DNA of 64,000 nt, taken from IMG/VR virus record IMGVR_UViG_3300012663_001722, positions 22,278 to 86,277 of that record. One strand, written 5' to 3'. Position numbers and translations under genes: made by a program. Under the pieces are notes generated by a model. That model was given only the letters and a program-made list of their open reading frames with translations. It had not been told where the DNA came from and ran no database searches. Shown here piece after piece: positions 1 to 8,439 of this stretch. Within the stretch, counting starts at the first letter, position 1. Every line of letters begins with the position of its first letter. Source of the stretch: a virus. Taxonomy: Duplodnaviria; Caudoviricetes.

Positions 1-511
1 CTTCAAGTTTGCGAGCATATACACTTAACGAGCTGCCATCAATCTTGAGCGTAATATCACACACTTCACCAAAGGGCAAGTCAGCGATATTCTGCCAACG
101 CTCTTCATCAGTCTTAGGCAAGCCACGTGGCAAATAGCCAGCGGCGCTGAGATCTTGAGGAGCAGGTGGCTCATATTTAGTTACGCCAATAATTTCAGAG
201 ACTTCAGTGCCTGGCACAATATCACCATAGGCAACAAGTGCAGACCAAGTGCCAATAGACATCACGATGCCAAAGCTCCATTCGCCACGCAAACGACAAG
301 CCTTAACACGATTGCTACGTTTGCGGAACATTTCAGCCCACGGTTCGTCAGGCAGCACTGTATCAGGTTGGATTAGCACAACCTTATCTCCTTGAGAGAA
401 GGCATCACGAGCAACAATGCAGCGATAGCCAAGTACAGTTGCAATGTCGAGAGCATCGGCATTTGGGTGCTGCTCGATAGTTTTAATAGTTTCAATAGAA
501 GCGAGTTTCAT
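1..511 (-). CDS. RNA ligase, DRB0094-like family (N-terminal part; runs off the window)
   Basis: Manual translation from ATG 511: MKLASIETIKTIEQHPNADALDIATVLGY...LPKTDEERWQN...ITLKIDGSS. It has an OB-like N-terminus, the KTDEERxQN motif and ligase motif I (KxDG). Absent from the supplied ORF track because it is truncated. Confidence 0.85.
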   Translation of the reverse strand, partial: MKLASIETIKTIEQHPNADALDIATVLGYRCIVARDAFSQGDKVVLIQPDTVLPDEPWAEMFRKRSNRVKACRLRGEWSFGIVMSIGTWSALVAYGDIVPGTEVSEIIGVTKYEPPAPQDLSAAGYLPRGLPKTDEERWQNIADLPFGEVCDITLKIDGSSLSVYARKLE

Positions 512-522
512 AATTTTGTAGA

Positions 523-786
523 TTAGCCAGCGTGAAAGCTTGCGCAAACAACGCGAGGCAGTATTTCGTTTTCAGCAGCAACTCCGACTAGAGTAACGCT
601 CACATTTTCAGGCGAGCTCGCCCAGCCGCTATAACGATATTGCCAATCCGCGTCAGTCATAAAGACGTTACCGGACAAGCTAGGGTTTATACGGCGCGCA
701 ATTTCAACATCAGGTGCGACCACTACAGCATCGCTATAGGTATCATAGCCGCGATTTTCAGTTTGAGAGATATGGTAGATGTTCAT
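523..786 (-). CDS. hypothetical phage protein (87 aa)
   Basis: Clean ORF in the minus-strand gene string with tight spacing to neighbours. Confidence 0.75.
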   Translation of the reverse strand: MNIYHISQTENRGYDTYSDAVVVAPDVEIARRINPSLSGNVFMTDADWQYRYSGWASSPENVSVTLVGVAAENEILPRVVCASFHAG

Positions 787-788
787 AA

Positions 789-1058
789 TTATTTTGAGCT
801 AAGAAGAGAGGATTTTTTAGTGTCAAGGTCGATGGTTGCGCCTTTGTCAAAGTTGCGGAAGATTCGATAGCTTTCTCCCCAAACACAGTCATTTAGAAAA
901 CGGCGAAGACCAGAAGGTGTTCCAATTTCATGACATTCACCATCAACAATCACTGTATATTTTTTTCTGCAGGCTGCGCGTTGGTGCCCTTTGCAAATTT
1001 CGTTACAAGTCTTGATGATGTCAGTAATTTCGTTTGCTGTAAAGTAGGTGTTGCTCAC
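789..1058 (-). CDS. hypothetical early protein (probable leaderless GTG start)
   Basis: The track ORF 789..1094 runs through the promoter. The in-frame GTG at 1058 (GTGAGCAACACC) lies 6 nt after the -10 box. Confidence 0.65.
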   Translation of the reverse strand: MSNTYFTANEITDIIKTCNEICKGHQRAACRKKYTVIVDGECHEIGTPSGLRRFLNDCVWGESYRIFRNFDKGATIDLDTKKSSLLSSK

Positions 1059-1060
1059 AA

Positions 1061-1112
1061 GGAAATAGTACCACAAATCACGCGATTTGTACACCTAAAA
1101 ATGCATATTTTT
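1061..1112 (-). promoter_or_regulatory. early sigma70-type promoter cassette, copy A
   Basis: GTGTAC(1094-1089)-N18-TACTAT(1070-1065) plus an A-rich UP tract. The 52 bp are identical to 3755..3806 and 6818..6869. Confidence 0.85.
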
Positions 1113-1125
1113 TCATTTTTTTTTA

Positions 1126-1159
1126 GGGCCCCCTTAAGGGGGCCCCCTTAAGGGGGCCC
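1126..1159. repeat. 34-bp perfect GC-rich palindrome
   Basis: GGGCCCCCTTAAGGGGGCCCCCTTAAGGGGGCCC equals its own reverse complement. Confidence 0.9.
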
Positions 1160-1172
1160 CAGCCTAGGCCCT

Positions 1173-1661
1173 TTAGTCCAGGATTCCATGGAGAGCGGCA
1201 TCCAGCTTTTCGAGCAGCTCTTCTTTGCTATGCGCCAGAGGTACGCCATATCTCTCGCAAACAATGCGAACATTGCCTTTGCGCCAAAAGCCATCAGGAC
1301 AGCATACAACAGTTTTGTCATGATCAGCAAATAGGCCAAGCTCAAGCAAACTAATAGGACTCTTCGTAGCAGGATCAAAATAAAGAATGATCATATCAGC
1401 AGCGTCAAGATGATCAAGCTCCCAATTTACCTGTTCGTTAAATGCGTCGCTTGTATCAGTCCATGTGCTATCCCAATCAGGTCGACGAGGATTAAGAAAG
1501 ACGATTGGCAAGTGAGAATAGCGATTAGTAAACTCTTCTTGCCAAGGCTCAGCTACACCCATTTCGATGCTGCCAGCTAAAAAGATTTTTGGATAATCCT
1601 TATAGAGTGTCTTTTCTTCTGAGGTTAAAACGCGCGGTGCGTGTAATGTAATGTTTTTCAT
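1173..1661 (-). CDS. nucleoside 2-deoxyribosyltransferase-like protein
   Basis: KIFLAGSI...W...NPRR.DWD...QVNWELDHLDAAD.IILYFDP.TKSPISLLELGL pattern; start moved to MKNITL (1661). Confidence 0.8.
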   Translation of the reverse strand: MKNITLHAPRVLTSEEKTLYKDYPKIFLAGSIEMGVAEPWQEEFTNRYSHLPIVFLNPRRPDWDSTWTDTSDAFNEQVNWELDHLDAADMIILYFDPATKSPISLLELGLFADHDKTVVCCPDGFWRKGNVRIVCERYGVPLAHSKEELLEKLDAALHGILD

Positions 1662-1744
1662 ATTTTTTTGTAAAGATTGTAACGGCGGAAGCATTCCACT
1701 TAAGGCACTCTCTTTAAAGCTTAGGCTACCGTTAATATTATAAC

Positions 1745-3340
1745 TTAGAAATTTTTAGCAACTCGAGCACGAATCTCACTTAGAGTTTCAACAACACATT
1801 CTTTACCATTTGCAAATACAGGATAGAATGCGCAATTGCGAACTTCATCCCACGTTGCTTGATCTTTAAGCTCGAATCCATCTTCTGTTTCATAGACTGC
1901 AGTCAGACCTTTTGCACTCTTCTTCAGACCATTGTCAGTCTTAGGATCTTTGAAGATCTCTTTACCGACGATAGCTCCATTGAGCTCAACTTCACCATAG
2001 GTGCTCTTTACAGCAAAGCCATAGGTGTCACGAGTTACAATTGCATTAGGAGTTACAGCACCTTGATAGGTAAAGCTGCCAATACCAAAGACAATGTTGG
2101 TCGATGCAAAGCCTTTATCGGCGAGTCGTTGACAGATTTGCTCAGCGCGTTCAAGTGTAATACTGTCACCATAGATTGCACCAATGTGGCTGTCAAGCTG
2201 CTTATATCCAGTGCTGGTTTCGGTACCACCGAAGATTTCCCAAAGACACTGAATCATACCCTTGACTTCAAGCTCAGTGATTTCTTTGGTGTAAGGTGTT
2301 GGCGAGCCATTTTTATGCGATACAATATCAAAGATGTAATATTTTCCATCGCGAACTTCATATTCATCAGGCAAATAGCCAGTCACAATCTTAACTGGAT
2401 CACCACTGTCAGGACGAATCACAACCTTACCATCACGTGCCATGATCTTATCCTTCAGCTGTGTGCAAATGCCTCCATCAGGATCGACAACATTCCAGAA
2501 GTCCCATGTGTCCGAGACAATCGAAACAATGCCGCTTGGATAGACTTCGCTAATAAGTCGTGTAAATGTACCAACTTCATCGTCGAGTCCGCCCATGCAC
2601 ATCACGCTGTGTTCTGTTGCAGCAACCGAACCACCGACGAGTTCTTTCTCAACATCAGCGCCATAATATTCCTCGAGGAAATCAATAGCAGGCAATGTAT
2701 CAGTGCCAGTGAAGCTCAGTAAGTGAGCAGCTCCGCTCATAGATGCAGCCTCAAGACCAAAGTGGCCTCGGAAAGAGAAGTCGTGGCCTTGCCATGGCAC
2801 AAAGTCAATCGCTTCAGGTGCAGTTTTTTGAGCCCAACGATTTAGGATTCGACGATACATCAATGCAGTTGTTGCGCTTGTGCAAGGCCCCCAGATTGTC
2901 GTACTTAAAATCGTTTCAATAGCATTAGTCAGCCAGAAGAAACGAGGATCAGTATTCCATACGACAAACATTGGCACACGAAGATCAACGAGACTGCCTT
3001 CTGGCAAACTCCAGATTTCGAGAGGCAAATGGCCAAGAGCATGCAGATCACGAATGTGTGCATCACCAATCTGATTAGGCCCAAGATATGCAAGCAAGCG
3101 GCGAGCATATTTTGCTGTTACCTCATCCAATGGTCGCTCAAAGAAATTGCGATTCCAATCTTCAATCAAATAGCGCTTGATGAAATATTGCAAGCCAAAG
3201 AGTACGACCTTATCTTGACCCGCTACACGAGAGCCCCGCGCAGTAAGGTTACTAAAGACAAGTGTGCTGTTGCTTGGATATTGACGGCGATGGTCGACTT
3301 TATAGCCGTCGACAAGTAGTGGTGCTAGTGTATTATTCAT
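1745..3340 (-). CDS. nadV: nicotinamide phosphoribosyltransferase-like protein (Nampt/Namat)
   Basis: DGYKVDHRRQYP, HDFSFRG, ATEHSVM, VSIVSDTWD, IRPDSGDP, YGDSIT, FGIGSFTYQ, TRDTYGFAVK, KSAKG motifs. Confidence 0.95.
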   Translation of the reverse strand: MNNTLAPLLVDGYKVDHRRQYPSNSTLVFSNLTARGSRVAGQDKVVLFGLQYFIKRYLIEDWNRNFFERPLDEVTAKYARRLLAYLGPNQIGDAHIRDLHALGHLPLEIWSLPEGSLVDLRVPMFVVWNTDPRFFWLTNAIETILSTTIWGPCTSATTALMYRRILNRWAQKTAPEAIDFVPWQGHDFSFRGHFGLEAASMSGAAHLLSFTGTDTLPAIDFLEEYYGADVEKELVGGSVAATEHSVMCMGGLDDEVGTFTRLISEVYPSGIVSIVSDTWDFWNVVDPDGGICTQLKDKIMARDGKVVIRPDSGDPVKIVTGYLPDEYEVRDGKYYIFDIVSHKNGSPTPYTKEITELEVKGMIQCLWEIFGGTETSTGYKQLDSHIGAIYGDSITLERAEQICQRLADKGFASTNIVFGIGSFTYQGAVTPNAIVTRDTYGFAVKSTYGEVELNGAIVGKEIFKDPKTDNGLKKSAKGLTAVYETEDGFELKDQATWDEVRNCAFYPVFANGKECVVETLSEIRARVAKNF

Positions 3341-3392
3341 TTTTGTTGAGTTTGATATTAAGTGAAAAGTTTAGGAGAGTGGCTTAGTGCGG

Positions 3393-3731
3393 TTATGCTG
3401 TTCGAGTATATCGATAAACATCAAGAGTTGCACCATGTTTTGGAGCAATATTTTGATAGGCATGAGAACCGAAGTGGAAACGTGCTGCCATCAGAGATTT
3501 CGCCCGTTCGCGATAAATCATAGCATTTGGATTGTTCTGACCGAGGCGAGCACGAACCTCGATTTTTAAAATTTTTGGCTTATATGAAGGATCCTGTAGA
3601 GCTAAGAGTCTCTGTGCAGCATTATGCCGACGATTTTGTTGTCGAATTTCTACAATTTGAGCGAGGCCTTTTGCGTCATTTTGAACGCTAAAGAGATAGG
3701 AGTCAGTGCGATTAGTGTGAATTGTTTTCAT
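3393..3731 (-). CDS. hypothetical early protein (112 aa)
   Basis: ORF directly downstream of promoter copy B. Confidence 0.7.
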   Translation of the reverse strand: MKTIHTNRTDSYLFSVQNDAKGLAQIVEIRQQNRRHNAAQRLLALQDPSYKPKILKIEVRARLGQNNPNAMIYRERAKSLMAARFHFGSHAYQNIAPKHGATLDVYRYTRTA

Positions 3732-3754
3732 AATATGTTAGAGATTGCTTACAG

Positions 3755-3806
3755 GGAAATAGTACCACAAATCACGCGATTTGTACACCTAAAAATGCAT
3801 ATTTTT
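3755..3806 (-). promoter_or_regulatory. early promoter cassette, copy B
   Basis: Identical 52-bp core; -35 at 3788-3783, -10 at 3764-3759. Confidence 0.85.
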
Positions 3807-3884
3807 TCACTTTTTTTAGGGGGCCCTGGGCTAGGCAGGGATCATTAAGCTTACTTGATGATGATGATATTGTATCAGAGTTTG

Positions 3885-4133
3885 TTACCAACTTGCTGCA
3901 GTTTGGTAGCCGCTATCGTATTTGAATTGCGCGTAGTCCTTGATGAAGTCATCGAAGCTATCATAGCGTGCGCACCATTCAAAAGAGTTTCCGCGGTCAC
4001 TTGCGTAAAAGCAATCGCAATCCTCTTCTCGATCAGTCTCAGCATTCCATCGAGATTCGACTTTGTGGGAGATACTCTCAATTGCAGCAATGCGTTTGAT
4101 GATTGCGATTTCTTCAGGAGTTACTTTGGTCAT
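3885..4133 (-). CDS. hypothetical protein (82 aa)
   Basis: ORF preceded by the repeated AACTCTAATACAATAA(C/T)ATT leader. Confidence 0.7.
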   Translation of the reverse strand: MTKVTPEEIAIIKRIAAIESISHKVESRWNAETDREEDCDCFYASDRGNSFEWCARYDSFDDFIKDYAQFKYDSGYQTAASW

Positions 4134-4156
4134 AATGTTATTGTATTAGAGTTCGT

Positions 4157-4411
4157 TTAGTAAGCGCGTGCTACTGCGTAAAACTTTCCGTCGATGTTTT
4201 TTTCGATGTCCCAATAGACTCGACGATTGCCGCATGTGCAACGACGATCAAAGCCGTCCCAGCCGCTGCACTCAATTTGACTTTCTTCAAGCCACTCATT
4301 GCAATTCATACCATCGAATTCGACATCGCCATTCTCTTGGGCATAGTCTTCGGCAGCTTTGATTGCTTCTTCAGGAGTGTTGAATGTTGCGGACCAATAG
4401 TTGTTGTTCAT
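4157..4411 (-). CDS. hypothetical Cys-containing phage protein
   Basis: C.GWDG..RRC.CGNRRV.W motif, possibly metal binding; preceded by the repeated leader. Confidence 0.7.
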   Translation of the reverse strand: MNNNYWSATFNTPEEAIKAAEDYAQENGDVEFDGMNCNEWLEESQIECSGWDGFDRRCTCGNRRVYWDIEKNIDGKFYAVARAY

Positions 4412-4433
4412 AATATTATTGTATTAGAGTTTG

Positions 4434-4622
4434 TTACCAGTAAGTGTAGATGAGAATCGTTCCATCCTCGTGACGGTACCTAGCATTCACATAATTCTGA
4501 ACGCAGCTATCATCGCATGTTTCGAACACTCCCAAACGCTCTTGAAGGTCTCTCATTGCATCGACATAGGCTTTACATGCTAATGCTGCTTCGTCGCGTG
4601 TGTTGTAAATGATTTCGGTCAT
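4434..4622 (-). CDS. hypothetical protein (62 aa)
   Basis: ORF with ATGA-type overlap to the upstream gene. Confidence 0.65.
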   Translation of the reverse strand: MTEIIYNTRDEAALACKAYVDAMRDLQERLGVFETCDDSCVQNYVNARYRHEDGTILIYTYW

Positions 4623-4891
4623 AATATTATTGTATTGTAGTTCCCAGGTTTAGCTGCTTTAAGAGCTTTGAGTGCTGCAGCGTTATCATTGAAGGTGCCA
4701 ACTGGAGTTACAAAGCCTCCGAAGTTTTCAAGCACCTCGTTGCGTACAACATAGTGAGTTACCTGACCATCACGGACACGAAAGCCAATCCAGCGAGCTT
4801 GATACACTCCATCCTTTTTAGCCTTAGCCTTCTCTTGAATGAAGAGGCGATTGGCTTGGTTGAGTTGCCCGTAGAAAATGACTTCTTTCAT
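4619..4891 (-). CDS. hypothetical protein (90 aa)
   Basis: ORF with 4-bp overlaps on both sides. Confidence 0.7.
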   Translation of the reverse strand: MKEVIFYGQLNQANRLFIQEKAKAKKDGVYQARWIGFRVRDGQVTHYVVRNEVLENFGGFVTPVGTFNDNAAALKALKAAKPGNYNTIIL

Positions 4892-5121
4892 GCTGGTAAT
4901 ACGGTTGCTGTTCCTAATTCCGTGTCGAACTCAATAAAGATATACTCGCTGTATTTAATCCATTTTTCTAGCTGTTCGTTAATCTTCTTGTATCGTGATT
5001 CAATCAATGATTCCGATTCGTCATCATCCAATCCTTCCATTTCTAGGACTTGGTTTTCTGCCGCTTCACGTATCATTTCGCATACGCCGTCAGGGTCTTT
5101 TAGTGTTAGTTTTAGTTTCAT
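4888..5121 (-). CDS. hypothetical acidic early protein
   Basis: Start moved to MKLKLT (5121) because the track ORF begins inside the promoter. Confidence 0.7.
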   Translation of the reverse strand: MKLKLTLKDPDGVCEMIREAAENQVLEMEGLDDDESESLIESRYKKINEQLEKWIKYSEYIFIEFDTELGTATVLPA

Positions 5122-5144
5122 GCTGTGGTGTTGCTTACAAGGAT

Positions 5145-5174
5145 ATTCTACCACAAAACGAGCAAAAAGTACAC
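5145..5174 (-). promoter_or_regulatory. early promoter, variant copy D
   Basis: GTGTAC-N18-TAGAAT followed by ATCCTTGTAAGCAACACC, the same initial transcribed sequence as the other copies. Confidence 0.8.
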
Positions 5175-5209
5175 AACTTTTTTCAAAAAAGTGCGTTTTT
5201 TCTCACTTT

Positions 5210-6157
5210 TTATAGCCCAATTGGCCAAATCGTGAGATTCTTGAGACCGGCATGAGAGATTTTGCGGCTATTCGTGATGTAAACACCATCAAACTCGCCG
5301 CACATCTTGACTACTCCCTTAAGGCAATCAGCATGCGAGACGCTCAAATAGACTCTTTTTGCGCCGACCTCTTTGAGCTTAGAGTTGAGTCCAATAAAGG
5401 TGCCGCCCATGCTCACAATGTCATCAAAGATTATGCAGTTATATTCGCTGAGGTTGCGATCATCGGCATGAACTTTAAAGCTTTGCAATTCACCTGTAGC
5501 AAGATCACGAACTTTCTCGCAATTGACTACGTCAAAATTATGGAATGTTGCAAACGTTGCTTTAAGATGTTTGACGATCTTTTCAATGCGTTTGCCTGCT
5601 CCAGCGTCTGGACAGATAATCATAAAGCTATTCACTCCAGTTTTTTGATAGATGTCAGCTACAGCCTTTTCGGCATAGACAAGATCGTCAAGAAGCTCAA
5701 CATTATTGATGAGTGCTGGAGTAACATCGCTATGAGGAGTTAGGATATACACAGCATCAAAATTGCAACGATTAATCATATCAGCATAGACTTTGACTGT
5801 CAAGCTTTCGCCTTCATTGCAAACACGATCTTGACGTGCGCCAGGAAAATAAGGCAAAACGAGACTAATGTTTTTGAATCCAAGACGACGAGCTGCATCA
5901 GATGCAATTACAACTCTGAAAAAGTCTTCGACATTATCTGCGCGTTGTGTAATAAACAATTGAGCATTAGGATCTTGAGTTGCATCAGCTAGATGGTCAG
6001 TGAATCTTAAATATGGCTCACCGCCTAGAAAGGTGCTTTGCTTGATCGCGAGATGAAACTTTTCATCTGAATTCACCGGTGTGAAGTCAGGGTCGAGGTT
6101 AGCGATAAAAATTTGTGTGGTGCTAACGGCCCACTTTAGGTGTAATTGTTTTTTCAT
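5210..6157 (-). CDS. prs: ribose-phosphate pyrophosphokinase-like protein (Prs/Adps)
   Basis: FLGGEPY, LPYFPGARQDRVC..GESLTVK, TPHSDV, CPDAGAGKR, IFDDIVSMGGTF motifs. Confidence 0.9.
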   Translation of the reverse strand: MKKQLHLKWAVSTTQIFIANLDPDFTPVNSDEKFHLAIKQSTFLGGEPYLRFTDHLADATQDPNAQLFITQRADNVEDFFRVVIASDAARRLGFKNISLVLPYFPGARQDRVCNEGESLTVKVYADMINRCNFDAVYILTPHSDVTPALINNVELLDDLVYAEKAVADIYQKTGVNSFMIICPDAGAGKRIEKIVKHLKATFATFHNFDVVNCEKVRDLATGELQSFKVHADDRNLSEYNCIIFDDIVSMGGTFIGLNSKLKEVGAKRVYLSVSHADCLKGVVKMCGEFDGVYITNSRKISHAGLKNLTIWPIGL

Positions 6158-6399
6158 AAATTGTTTTTCTTAGGTCCACATATAGCCACTTTAGTAAATG
6201 TTTTTGTAAAAAGTTCATTGTCAATTGTATTTGCAACAGCTGTTAACTGTACATGATTTGGTATATTTGTTGCAAGGAATTCTCGATCGAGAAAATCAAT
6301 ATTTTTCCAAATCTCCCGCCTAAATTTTGTTTGAAAACCACAGTCTTCTTCCATTGCATGCCAGTAATCATCATCAAGTTTAGTGGCAATGCAGATCAT
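6154..6399 (-). CDS. hypothetical protein (81 aa)
   Basis: ORF with 4-bp overlaps on both sides. Confidence 0.65.
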   Translation of the reverse strand: MICIATKLDDDYWHAMEEDCGFQTKFRREIWKNIDFLDREFLATNIPNHVQLTAVANTIDNELFTKTFTKVAICGPKKNNL

Positions 6400-6569
6400 A
6401 ACATATGTGGCTCTGAGCCAAAAACTACGTTGCTGCTATATCTCTCAGCGTTATAAACAAAGTTCATAATATTGCCCCATGGACTTACTTCAGTATCTTC
6501 GCATTCAGTCTCAGAAACTAAGACCCAACCATATTTTGGATCAGTATAGACCCACGCTTGTTCTTCCAT
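6396..6569 (-). CDS. hypothetical protein (57 aa, not in the track)
   Basis: Manual translation MEEQAWVYTDPKYGWV...EPHML*. It fills the gap, and its TGA overlaps the next ATG. Confidence 0.6.
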   Translation of the reverse strand: MEEQAWVYTDPKYGWVLVSETECEDTEVSPWGNIMNFVYNAERYSSNVVFGSEPHML

Positions 6570-6576
6570 AATTAGT

Positions 6577-6798
6577 TTAATAATTTTTGAAAACTCCAGT
6601 GCTTTCTTGATATTTGAATCCTTTACGATATTCCTCGATCTCTTCAGAGGTCAAGTTCTCAACCTTTTCTCCGACATATGTGCCAGCTGGGTACCAGTGT
6701 GGTTCAAAAGCTCGGCGATAATAGGCATCGGCCGATCCGCGATCAAAGAGTGAGCCGTTTTTGTTGCGATCAAATTGTGGTGGGAAGAAGTCTTTCAT
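6577..6798 (-). CDS. hypothetical phage protein (DRGSADAYY motif)
   Basis: Start moved to MKDFF (6798), downstream of promoter copy C. Confidence 0.7.
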   Translation of the reverse strand: MKDFFPPQFDRNKNGSLFDRGSADAYYRRAFEPHWYPAGTYVGEKVENLTSEEIEEYRKGFKYQESTGVFKNY

Positions 6799-6817
6799 AA
6801 TGTGGTGTTGCTTACAG

Positions 6818-6869
6818 GGAAATAGTACCACAAATCACGCGATTTGTACACCTAAAAATGCATATTTTT
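6818..6869 (-). promoter_or_regulatory. early promoter cassette, copy C
   Basis: Identical 52-bp core; -35 at 6851-6846, -10 at 6827-6822. Confidence 0.85.
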
Positions 6870-6933
6870 TCACTTTTTTTCAAAAAATAAGGGGCCCCAG
6901 CAGGACCCCTAAGTTTTTATGGGCCCCCAGCCC

Positions 6934-7620
6934 TTAGTTTTTTGCCTTTTGTGCTCTTTTTTTGGTTTTTGCAGGCTCAGCTGTAGCAGCTGCAGCAGCA
7001 GCTTCGACCGCAGCAGCCTCTACCTCAAGCAATGCATTTCGGGCATTTAGTCTTTCAACGACTACATTGCAATCCATCCAAATATCTTTGTCATCAATCA
7101 GGCTGTCAATTTCCTCTTCAGTCAAAAAGTTCTTATAGGCTTTACGCAAGATGTGTTCACTCCATTTGCGCTGATGAATAACGCTCTGATACATTTCACC
7201 GCCTTTGCCAACTACACCGCCGCTATAGTTATGAAATAGGAAAGCGCTATGTTCATTTACAAGATATTCGTCACCTGCTAAAAAGATTAGCGTTGCTGCA
7301 CTCATGCATGCTCCTGCTACATTCATAACCAAATGAGCATTGCTTATTTCAAATGCCTGTAGCAATTGAACAGCAGTAAAGAGATTGCCACCTGGACTAT
7401 TAATGTTGATTTTAATAATATCGCTCTCACGAGCATTGCTTATGATATGAAACCATTCAATATAATCTTCGGGATCACCGATCTCACCACAGAGATAAAA
7501 TTCAATTAGATTGCCATAGTCTCCAATATAGACATCTTTTCCTTTAGAAAAAATATCTTCAATTGAATTTATTTTGGCTGTTGTGGGCTTGCTATTGTTG
7601 AGCACGATTTGTTTTGTCAT
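6934..7620 (-). CDS. clpP: ClpP-like serine peptidase (S14)
   Basis: YLCGEI, ININSPGG, GACMSAATLIFLAGD, FLFH, KDIWMD motifs; Ala/Lys-rich tail. Confidence 0.85.
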   Translation of the reverse strand: MTKQIVLNNSKPTTAKINSIEDIFSKGKDVYIGDYGNLIEFYLCGEIGDPEDYIEWFHIISNARESDIIKININSPGGNLFTAVQLLQAFEISNAHLVMNVAGACMSAATLIFLAGDEYLVNEHSAFLFHNYSGGVVGKGGEMYQSVIHQRKWSEHILRKAYKNFLTEEEIDSLIDDKDIWMDCNVVVERLNARNALLEVEAAAVEAAAAAATAEPAKTKKRAQKAKN

Positions 7621-7624
7621 AGAT

Positions 7625-8302
7625 TTACTTATTCGTTAGATAGTATTGTGTTAGAGTATCATATAATGGCTTAATAAAGTTTTTGGTCTTTTCAATAAAG
7701 ACAATTGGTTGCGGATCATCATCAACTGCCATAATAATAACGATCTGATTGATCTTGATGCCTGTGCGCTCTTCAAACATAATCGCATAGGCCGTAGCTT
7801 GTTGAAAATAGTTTGAAATGTCTTCAGCACTCTTGCGGCGACGACTAGTTTTAAAATCAACAATACTATATGTGCCATTATAGTTTGCAACAAGATCAAC
7901 GCGACCAGCTGTGCGTAGCGTATCACTATATAGTGGACACTCTTGTAAGATCACTTCATTAATGTGACTATCAAGTATGGGACGTATGCTCTTAAAAAGA
8001 GCGCGTTGATGAGGCATATCACTTGGCAGAAAATAGTCTGGATTGTTGTCAAGATAGCGTTCAACAATCTCATGCATTGCTGTGCCTCGAGTTGCAGCAT
8101 GACGGCATATTCGATCTGCCTCTGCATCTCCTACATTTTCACGCCAGGTTTTTAAGTGATCTTTGCCTATGCTGCCAAGTATTGTGGTAATGCTAGCATA
8201 TGCTGCACCGTCTGGTGTTACATATCGACGACCATTTTCGCCATTCTCGACAGCTAAATCACTATAGCCAAGATCAACTGGCGAATGTTTGAATCGATTC
8301 AT
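7625..8302 (-). CDS. PD-(D/E)XK exonuclease
   Basis: RRY.TP.G..Y.SITTIL, RGTAMHEIVE.YL, AGRVDLVA, IVDFKTS, YFQQATAYA. Confidence 0.9.
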   Translation of the reverse strand: MNRFKHSPVDLGYSDLAVENGENGRRYVTPDGAAYASITTILGSIGKDHLKTWRENVGDAEADRICRHAATRGTAMHEIVERYLDNNPDYFLPSDMPHQRALFKSIRPILDSHINEVILQECPLYSDTLRTAGRVDLVANYNGTYSIVDFKTSRRRKSAEDISNYFQQATAYAIMFEERTGIKINQIVIIMAVDDDPQPIVFIEKTKNFIKPLYDTLTQYYLTNK

Positions 8303-8361
8303 TTGTCTCTTTTTGGACCGCCTCGTTTGTCTTTGTTTCGATCACCTTTGGATTTTCCCAT
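8299..8361 (-). CDS. tiny basic peptide (20 aa)
   Basis: MGKSKGDRNKDKRGGPKRDK*; its TGA overlaps the exonuclease ATG. Confidence 0.45.
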   Translation of the reverse strand: MGKSKGDRNKDKRGGPKRDK

Positions 8362-8439
8362 AGTCTTTATAGATTAAAGGTTTTATTTAATTGTTCCAAT
8401 GTCTAATTGTATTAGCAATAATGAAAAAGCTGCATGCAA

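Noticed and set aside
1148-1378. Track ORFs 1148..1378 and 3875..4090 on the minus strand
   Set aside because: They are alternative frames overlapping better-supported genes
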